64,000 bases of DNA from an uncultured Acidibacter sp. GTDB lineage: Bacteria > Pseudomonadota > Gammaproteobacteria > Steroidobacterales > Steroidobacteraceae. This document shows, in pieces, positions 57,680-64,000 of the stretch. The stretch's first letter is position 1. Each line of letters begins with the position of its first letter. The position numbers and the translations under genes were made by a program. The notes beneath the pieces were generated by a model. It saw nothing but the letters and a program-made list of their open reading frames with translations. It made no database searches and was not told the origin of the DNA. The stretch spans positions 6,401-70,400 of the forward strand of contig CAZHLL010000001.1 of assembly GCA_964533305.1 (NCBI GenBank), in the 5' to 3' direction.

Positions 57680-57801
57680 ACTCGGAGTTGGCCATGACCG
57701 CCATTGACCCCGTGCTTATCCAAAATACGCTGATCGCCGACAACAAAGATACGGCCATCAAAGATCAACACGCCGACCGTAACGGACGAGCGGTGGACAA
57801 C

Positions 57802-58998
57802 ATGGCAGGCCCACGGATCGGCACACCGCTCAGTGTCGATGGCACGAGGTTGATGCTCTTGGGCGCTGGCGAATTGGGCAAGGAAGTCGCCATCGAGGCG
57901 CAGCGACTCGGGCTTGAGGTGATTGCGGTCGATCGGTATGCCAACGCACCCGCCATGCAAGTGGCGCATCGCGCCCACGTGATCAACATGCTCGACCGCA
58001 GCGCTTTGCGGTCGCTGATCGAGCAAGAGCGACCTCATTGGATCGTGCCCGAGATCGAGGCGATTGCGACGGAAGAGTTACTGGCGCTTGAGACCGAGGG
58101 CTTTCGCGTGATCCCGACAGCGCGCGCCGCGCGCCTGACCATGGATCGGGAGGGTATCCGACGCCTCGCCGCCGAAACCTTGGGGCTTCCAAGCTCACGC
58201 TACGGCTTCGCCGAAAATCTCGCAGATTGCGAACGCATTGCAGCGCAGCTCGGGTTTCCATGCGTCATGAAGCCCGTGATGTCGAGCTCGGGCAAGGGGC
58301 AAAGCGTTCTGCGCAAAGCGGATGATGTTGCGACCGCCTGGAATTATGCTCAGGCTGGGGGACGCGCTGGCGCCGGCAAGGTGATCCTCGAAGAATTCAT
58401 TGGCTTTGACTATGAAATCACCCTGCTGACAGTAAGGCATCGCGACGGCACCACCTTTTGCCAGCCCATCGGTCATTGGCAGGTGGATGGTGATTATCGT
58501 GAGTCATGGCAACCTCAGCCCATGAGTTCGGCGGCGTTGCTTGAATCACAACGAATTGCCGGCGCGATTACCGAGGCTCTGGGCGGCTGGGGATTATTCG
58601 GTGTGGAGCTTTTCATCAAGGGCGATCAAGTGTGGTTCAGTGAAGTGTCACCACGACCGCATGACACCGGCCTTGTCACGCTTATTTCACAGGATCTATC
58701 GGAATTTGCCTTGCACCTGCGCGCCATCCTGGGGTTACCGATCCCGGTTATCCGGCAGTGGGGACCTTCCGCCTCCAGTGCGGTCCTGATCTCGGGCGAC
58801 TCTGCTAACGTGAGCTTTGGCGGTGTCGCTGAGGCGTTACAGGAGGCCGATACCCAAGTTCGGCTCTTCGGCAAACCGGAAGTGCGGGGTCAACGACGTA
58901 TGGGCGTGACGCTGGCTCGTGGCGCCGATCCCGCCGAAGCGCGCGACAAGGCGCGCCGGGCCAGCGAGACGATCGTCTCCCTGACCACATTGCGCTAG
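57802..58998 (+). CDS. purT: Formate-dependent phosphoribosylglycinamide formyltransferase
   Basis: 398 aa from [29 protein letters not shown] (compare E. coli PurT ...ATRVMLLGSGELGKEV). ATP-grasp core [24 protein letters not shown]. Confidence 0.92.
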   Translation: MAGPRIGTPLSVDGTRLMLLGAGELGKEVAIEAQRLGLEVIAVDRYANAPAMQVAHRAHVINMLDRSALRSLIEQERPHWIVPEIEAIATEELLALETEGFRVIPTARAARLTMDREGIRRLAAETLGLPSSRYGFAENLADCERIAAQLGFPCVMKPVMSSSGKGQSVLRKADDVATAWNYAQAGGRAGAGKVILEEFIGFDYEITLLTVRHRDGTTFCQPIGHWQVDGDYRESWQPQPMSSAALLESQRIAGAITEALGGWGLFGVELFIKGDQVWFSEVSPRPHDTGLVTLISQDLSEFALHLRAILGLPIPVIRQWGPSASSAVLISGDSANVSFGGVAEALQEADTQVRLFGKPEVRGQRRMGVTLARGADPAEARDKARRASETIVSLTTLR

Positions 58999-59033
58999 AT
59001 CGATCACCTGAGGCGATCGATATCACCGCTTGA

Positions 59034-59942
59034 TCAGGCGTCGTCGCGCCAGCGACGCAGGCGCACCACTGCGGCCAACAGCAGAGCAGCGGCCAGCACG
59101 CCCAACCAGAGCGAGGGGCTCGCCAACAAGGGCGTCGCACTCAGCGCACTGTAGGCCTCGGCGATCGACTGCAAACTCGGCCCATCTTCATCGGATCGCA
59201 TGAAACCGCCCGCCATGAACTGGAAGAAGCCACTTAGGCGATAGCCGATGAACGTGAGCACGCGTGTGCTGTCGAACGCGACGCTTTCCAGAATAACCAG
59301 CAACAGTGGCGGCAACACAGCCCACAAGAATGGACTGCGCTTGGCAAACACCGAAATCAGCAACAGCCATGCTGCCACTGGCGCATACCACAAAGCAGCG
59401 ATCAACAGGTTCTGCAGCAAAGTCGCCTGGACCAGAACCCACGCGGACCCATGCCATACCCCGAGTGGCGCGAGCGGTGTGCCGGCGACAATCACTTTGA
59501 CGATCAAAAAAATGAGCAGCCCGCTGACCAGTGATAGGGCCCACACCCAGATCGGCATCAAGAACGCCGCCACCATGAATTTGGCACCGACGGTGGCCGC
59601 ATCCGACACGGGCAAAGACTTCCAGAAGAGGATGCTGCGATCCTTACGTTCACTGTACAGCGCATCAAGCAAATAAAAGAAAATCACGAGCAGAGCGACC
59701 AACAACTGGGGAACCATCAAGGAACTCGTCCAGACAGCAAAAAGCTGAATCTGTGCAGCTGGGTTTTCGGCGAGATCCGCAAAGAAAATTGATTCGTCGT
59801 CATCGAAATTGATATCGACACCGCCCACCCGCGAGCCAAAAAAGGTAACGACCACGAGCAGTGCCGCGGTCAGGAGCGGGGCCCAAACCAAACCGCGGTG
59901 CTCCCACAGCTCCCGACGAATCAAAGTCAGAAACGCATTCAT
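59034..59942 (-). CDS. ABC-2-type transporter permease
   Basis: 302 aa with about six hydrophobic helices. It overlaps the upstream ABC ATPase gene by 4 nt. Confidence 0.7.
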   Translation of the reverse strand: MNAFLTLIRRELWEHRGLVWAPLLTAALLVVVTFFGSRVGGVDINFDDDESIFFADLAENPAAQIQLFAVWTSSLMVPQLLVALLVIFFYLLDALYSERKDRSILFWKSLPVSDAATVGAKFMVAAFLMPIWVWALSLVSGLLIFLIVKVIVAGTPLAPLGVWHGSAWVLVQATLLQNLLIAALWYAPVAAWLLLISVFAKRSPFLWAVLPPLLLVILESVAFDSTRVLTFIGYRLSGFFQFMAGGFMRSDEDGPSLQSIAEAYSALSATPLLASPSLWLGVLAAALLLAAVVRLRRWRDDA

Positions 59943-60802
59943 GACGGCTCCCCCAGCAAAGCGACAAATAAATCCGAGATGGAAGGAGTACGGATCTCGC
60001 CAAGTGCGGCCATGGGAGCCGGATCGGCGGTTTCATAGATGAAGAGGCTACGACCGAACACCTCACGCTCGTGCAAGGGCCGCAATGCGCGCGCTGCCGC
60101 GACCTGCATAGGCGACGCCATCAGTTGCACATATCGGGTTGCGATGTCCGTCACGGGGCAGTCGAGAACGACCCGGCCATGGCGAAGCAGGATGATGTGG
60201 TTGAGCAGATTCTCGACCTCCTCAACCTGATGGGTGGTGACCAGAATGGTCCGCTGATGATCAAAATAATCGTTCAGCAATCGTTCATAAAACTGGCGGC
60301 GGTAGAGCAAGTCCAAGCCCAAGGTGGGCTCATCGAGCACCAGCAAGCGCGCGTCAATCGCCAGGATCAGCGCAAGGTGGAGCTGAGTGATCATGCCCTT
60401 CGAGAGCTGCTCCACGCGTTGCGTCATTTTGATGTCGGTGCTGGTCAGGACTTCTTCGGCGCGCGCGCGATCAAAGCGAGGGTGGACGCCTGCCACATAA
60501 TCCAGCGCCTGTTTTACGCGCAGCCACTTTGGCAACACCGCGACGTCGGCAATGAAACACACCTCACGCATCAAGGCATCACGCTCGCGTGCGGGGTCTC
60601 GACCAAGCACCCGCAGATGCCCATCAAAGGAGGTCAAGCCGAGGATGGCTTTGAGCGCCGTCGTTTTGCCGGCGCCATTAGCCCCCATGAGCCCGACAAT
60701 CTGGCCGGCACCGATGGTGAAGCTTGCCTGATCAAGCGCGAGTGCACCCCGACCATAACGCTTGCTGAGGCCACGTGCCTCGATGATGACCTCATGAGTC
60801 AT
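59939..60802 (-). CDS. ABC transporter ATP-binding protein
   Basis: 287 aa: GANGAGKTT, LSKGMITQLHLALIL, LLVLDEPTLGLD. Confidence 0.88.
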   Translation of the reverse strand: MTHEVIIEARGLSKRYGRGALALDQASFTIGAGQIVGLMGANGAGKTTALKAILGLTSFDGHLRVLGRDPARERDALMREVCFIADVAVLPKWLRVKQALDYVAGVHPRFDRARAEEVLTSTDIKMTQRVEQLSKGMITQLHLALILAIDARLLVLDEPTLGLDLLYRRQFYERLLNDYFDHQRTILVTTHQVEEVENLLNHIILLRHGRVVLDCPVTDIATRYVQLMASPMQVAAARALRPLHEREVFGRSLFIYETADPAPMAALGEIRTPSISDLFVALLGEPS

Positions 60803-61185
60803 GTCGATGAATCGTCTTTGGCAGGTGTACGGGCGGGGCTTGCGGTGAGCAAGCTGTCGACATCCAACTCGAGTCGCTCAATGACCGCTTTGATCCGTGG
60901 CCACTCCTGCGACAGGAAGCGCTCTCGTTCGGCCTTCAGCAACTGCGCCCGGGCACCGATATTGACGAACATGCCTCGGCCGCGCTTCTTTTCGACCAGC
61001 TGCTCATCGGCGAGCTCCTGGTATCCCTTCAGGACAGTCAAGGGATTGATGCGAAACTCCGCCGCCACATTGCGCACGGAGGGCAGGGGATCGCCCTCTT
61101 TCAGGACGCCCTCGAGAATCATGGCAACCACCCGGTCTCGGAGCTGGCGATAAATCGGGGCCCCTTCTGCCCACTGTGGATCCAT
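60799..61185 (-). CDS. GntR-family transcriptional regulator, YtrA subfamily
   Basis: 128 aa: PIYRQLRDRVVAMILEGVLKEGDPLPSVRNVAAEFRINPLTVLKGYQELADEQLVEKKRGRGMFV. The short C-terminus and the downstream ABC genes are typical of YtrA. Confidence 0.85.
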   Translation of the reverse strand: MDPQWAEGAPIYRQLRDRVVAMILEGVLKEGDPLPSVRNVAAEFRINPLTVLKGYQELADEQLVEKKRGRGMFVNIGARAQLLKAERERFLSQEWPRIKAVIERLELDVDSLLTASPARTPAKDDSST

Positions 61186-61240
61186 ATGCTGTTCTCCCTA
61201 GGTCGACAAATCATGGGGCAAAGCTCCGAAAAAAGCTATT

Positions 61241-61270
61241 GGTGTTATATATAACTACAACACTATAACT
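61241..61270. promoter_or_regulatory. AT-rich palindromic candidate YtrA operator / promoter
   Basis: Perfect 12-bp palindrome GTTATATATAAC (61244-55), nested in GTGTT-N12-AACAC (61242-63), plus repeated TATAAC. It lies about 60 bp upstream of the GntR start and is the most AT-rich stretch I saw in the window. Confidence 0.4.
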
Positions 61271-61373
61271 CGGTCAAGCGGGATACCACCTGAGCAGCCC
61301 GCTTGCCGTAAAATCCGACGGCAGACTCGGCGCCGCCTGCGCCGTAAACCCGCAAGACTTTTGGAGAATCCGG

Positions 61374-62354
61374 ATGAAGCAAGCTCTTAACGTCGCCATC
61401 ACAGGTGGTGCCGGTCAGATCGGTTATGCCCTGGCGTTTCGCGTGGCCTCCGGCGCCATGCTCGGCGCCGATCAACCCGTCAATCTGCATCTGCTCGAAG
61501 TGACACCCGCGCTGCCCGCACTGCAGGGGGTGGTCATGGAGCTCAATGATTGCGCCTTTCCGACGCTGAACAAGGTTGTGGCCACCGATGACCCGCAAGT
61601 GGCGTTCAAAGATTGTCACGCGGCGCTGTTGGTCGGTGCGCGCCCACGCGGGCCGGGCATGGAGCGCAAGGATTTGTTGCTGGCGAACGCGCAAATCTTT
61701 TCGGCCCAGGGCAAGGCGCTCGACGCCGTCGCCTCGCGGGATGTACGAGTACTCGTCGTGGGTAACCCTGCCAACACCAACTCTCTGATCGCGATGAAGA
61801 ACGCGCCAGGCCTGAGTCCGAAGAGCTTCACCGCGATGACTCGTCTCGATCACAATCGGGCGTTGTCACAATTGGCCGAAAAAACCGGCTGTCACGTGAA
61901 TGACATTCGCAAGATGACCATCTGGGGCAACCACTCTGCCACCCAGTATCCGGATATCAACCATTGTTTGGTAAAAGGCAAAGCGGCCACCTCGCTGGTC
62001 GATGCCAACTGGACGGAAAAGGACTTCATTCCGACCGTACAGCAGCGTGGCGCGGCGATCATCAAGGCTCGGGGTGCCTCCTCCGCCGCGTCCGCCGCAT
62101 CAGCTGCCATCGATCATATTCGCGACTGGTTCCATGGCTCGGCGGACGGAGATTGGGTCTCCATGGGTATCCCTTCCGATGGCAGCTACGGCATTCCCGA
62201 AGGCGTCATCTATTCCTACCCGGTGGTATGCCGGGGTGGTGCCTATGAAATCGTACAAGGGCTATCGATCGACGCCTTCAGCCGTGAGCGCATGGATGCG
62301 ACCCACCGGGAATTGCTCGAGGAGCGCGACGGAGTCAAAGACCTGCTCGGCTGA
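61374..62354 (+). CDS. mdh: Malate dehydrogenase
   Basis: 326 aa: [14 protein letters not shown] ... [18 protein letters not shown] ... VVGNPANTN ... IWGNHS. Confidence 0.93.
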   Translation: MKQALNVAITGGAGQIGYALAFRVASGAMLGADQPVNLHLLEVTPALPALQGVVMELNDCAFPTLNKVVATDDPQVAFKDCHAALLVGARPRGPGMERKDLLLANAQIFSAQGKALDAVASRDVRVLVVGNPANTNSLIAMKNAPGLSPKSFTAMTRLDHNRALSQLAEKTGCHVNDIRKMTIWGNHSATQYPDINHCLVKGKAATSLVDANWTEKDFIPTVQQRGAAIIKARGASSAASAASAAIDHIRDWFHGSADGDWVSMGIPSDGSYGIPEGVIYSYPVVCRGGAYEIVQGLSIDAFSRERMDATHRELLEERDGVKDLLG

Positions 62355-62430
62355 TCGACATCGAGCTGGCCAGACGGCTTGAGGTTGCCAAGCGGCTTGT
62401 GTTGGGCCGTAAAACCCGTAGGCTTTGGCC

Positions 62431-64000
62431 ATGATCACTGTCATCGCTCTGCTCGTTCTGGTAGCCGCCCTGCTGTGGACTGCGTCCCTGCAGGGCGGTG
62501 CCCTCGCGCTACTCTTCGTTGGCGCAGTCACTTTCCTTGCCTACAAACGGTTGAGTCTGCTGGCGTTCACCGCCACATTTCTCATCCTGCTGCTGGCCTA
62601 TACCTTTGCCACGCAACCACCCGGCCTATGGACTGGTTTTCTTTGGTTGCTATTCGCCGCGCTGGCCCTGCTCAATCTGAGGCCCCTGCGCAAGGCCTTC
62701 ATCACCCGTCCGTTCATGAAAATCTACCGGCGGATGCTACCTTCGATGTCGAGTACCGAACGCGAGGCACTCGAAGCAGGCACCGTTTGGTGGGATGGTG
62801 AGCTCTTCACCGGTAAACCCGATTGGTCGAAGCTACTGAGCGCGAAAACGCCGGTGCTGACAGCCGAAGAGCAGGCATTCCTCGATGGGCCCTGCGAAGA
62901 GCTGTGCCGCATGATCGACGACTTCGACATCACCCATCGTCGCGGCGACCTGCCGCCGGAGATCTGGGACTTTTTGAAGAGTCGCGGCTTCTTCTCGATG
63001 ATCATCCAGAAAAAGTACGGCGGTCTCGAGTTTTCTGCGTATGCACACTCCTGCGTACTCGCCAAGTTGTCTAGCCGCAGCGCAACCGTGTCGTCCACTG
63101 TCGCCGTACCGAATTCTTTGGGTCCCGCCGAACTGCTGCAGCACTACGGTACGGAAGAGCAGAAAGCACACTACCTGCCCCGACTCGCCAAAGGTGATGA
63201 GATACCCTGCTTTGCCCTGACCGGGCCACGCGCGGGCTCGGATGCGGCTTCACTGCCGGATACCGGCATCGTTTGCAAGGGAGAGTGGCAAGGCCGGGAA
63301 ATCATTGGCCTCAAACTCAATTTCTCAAAGCGCTATATCACGCTGGCGCCCGTGGCCACGGTCATCGGTCTTGCTTTTCGCCTATTCGATCCCGAGCAAC
63401 TGCTCGGCGAACAAACGGATCTCGGTATCACCTGCGCGCTGATTCCACGCAATACACCGGGTGTCAGTATTGGCCGGAGACACTTTCCGCTCAATGTGCC
63501 GTTTCAAAATGGGCCCATTCAAGGCAAGGACGTATTCGTACCACTCGAATTCATCATCGGTGGACCTGCCATGGCAGGGCAGGGCTGGCGCATGCTGGTT
63601 GAACAACTCTCCGTGGGTCGTTGCATTTCGCTGCCCTCGAGCAGCACCGGCGGCGGCAAAGCAGCGGTGTTTGCCACCGGCGCTTACGCTCGCATACGCA
63701 GACAATTCAACATGCCAGTCGGTCGTTTCGAGGGTATCGAAAGCGTGATCGCACGTATGGTGGGACTCACCTACACCATGGATGCCGCTCGTTCGGTCAC
63801 CGCGGGCGCCATTGACGGGGGCGAAAAACCTTCTGTCCCCTCTGCGATGCTCAAATATCACACCACCGAGATGGGTCGCCAAATCGCCAACGATGCGATG
63901 GATGTGCACGGCGGCAAAGGGATCTGCCTTGGACCGAAGAATTATCTTGCCCGCGGCTATCAGGTGGTACCGGTTGCCATCACCGTGGAAGGCGCCAATA
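62431..64000 (+). CDS. fadE: Acyl-CoA dehydrogenase FadE (3' end lies outside the window)
   Basis: My own translation from ATG 62431 is open to the window edge. [16 protein letters not shown] ... [26 protein letters not shown] ... [14 protein letters not shown] ... [47 protein letters not shown] ... [14 protein letters not shown] ... [21 protein letters not shown] ... VAITVEGAN. Near-collinear with E. coli FadE. It is not in the ORF track because there is no stop in the window. Confidence 0.92.
   Translation, partial: MITVIALLVLVAALLWTASLQGGALALLFVGAVTFLAYKRLSLLAFTATFLILLLAYTFATQPPGLWTGFLWLLFAALALLNLRPLRKAFITRPFMKIYRRMLPSMSSTEREALEAGTVWWDGELFTGKPDWSKLLSAKTPVLTAEEQAFLDGPCEELCRMIDDFDITHRRGDLPPEIWDFLKSRGFFSMIIQKKYGGLEFSAYAHSCVLAKLSSRSATVSSTVAVPNSLGPAELLQHYGTEEQKAHYLPRLAKGDEIPCFALTGPRAGSDAASLPDTGIVCKGEWQGREIIGLKLNFSKRYITLAPVATVIGLAFRLFDPEQLLGEQTDLGITCALIPRNTPGVSIGRRHFPLNVPFQNGPIQGKDVFVPLEFIIGGPAMAGQGWRMLVEQLSVGRCISLPSSSTGGGKAAVFATGAYARIRRQFNMPVGRFEGIESVIARMVGLTYTMDAARSVTAGAIDGGEKPSVPSAMLKYHTTEMGRQIANDAMDVHGGKGICLGPKNYLARGYQVVPVAITVEGAN

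Noticed and set aside
60071-61153. A 360-aa + strand ORF.
   Set aside because: It is antisense to the ABC ATPase and GntR genes, both of which have canonical motifs. It is a shadow frame.
61263-61853. A 196-aa minus-strand ORF upstream of and inside mdh.
   Set aside because: It is antisense to the malate dehydrogenase N-terminus, which has an unambiguous Rossmann motif. It is a shadow frame.
1-64000. A window-wide look for CRISPR arrays, rRNA, IS elements or transposases, phage genes and known defence-system genes.
   Set aside because: I noticed no regularly spaced repeats and no rRNA-like segments. Every ORF over about 250 aa is accounted for by a recognisable metabolic, transport or envelope family or by a shadow frame. 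None resembles a nuclease/helicase/ATPase defence architecture, apart from the small VapBC pair.

Overview
This is a GC-rich (roughly 60%) bacterial chromosomal segment. It is densely packed, with about 70 genes, many of them joined by 1-4 nt start/stop overlaps. Several products are close to enterobacterial orthologues that I could align from memory (FadE, Uup, YheS, RhlE, PtrB, Gor), so a gammaproteobacterial origin is likely, though that is an inference.

Most of the content is housekeeping:
- Beta-oxidation genes at both ends: a fadB-like/thiolase operon at 4.2-7.5 kb and fadE at 62.4 kb running to the window edge.
- Two ABC-F ATPases, two exonuclease III paralogues, pyrE, trmB, purT, mdh, gor, ampG and rhlE.
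- Two S9 peptidases, two dienelactone hydrolases, an Mla/Mce-type lipid ABC transporter and a YtrA-type GntR/ABC-2 operon.
- One tRNA-Gly(CCC).

I found no rRNA, CRISPR array, transposase, integrase or phage genes.

The parts that deserve attention:
1. A 2.9 kb array of six bactofilin genes that looks like a tandemly duplicated three-gene module (8261-11144). It is followed by an atypical SAM methyltransferase with an XRE regulator.
2. A UbiD-family decarboxylase with a canonical twin-arginine export signal and a Pro/Gly-rich linker (42829-44538).
3. A translationally coupled seven-gene operon led by an Fe-S (6-4) photolyase-like gene (35350-42713), transcribed divergently from that UbiD gene.
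4. A double-CDGSH iron-sulfur protein coupled by a 1-nt overlap to the Mla-type transporter (57393-57635).
5. An exported BNR/Asp-box propeller with a His-rich insert and a CPCC motif, coupled to a TlpA-like redoxin (13211-15117).
6. A VapBC module and a decayed small gene next to the tRNA.

All functional calls come from my own reading of the translations and motif recognition. No database search was possible, so family names need HMM/BLAST confirmation. Start codons that I moved away from the ORF-track coordinates are explained in the evidence field of each feature.
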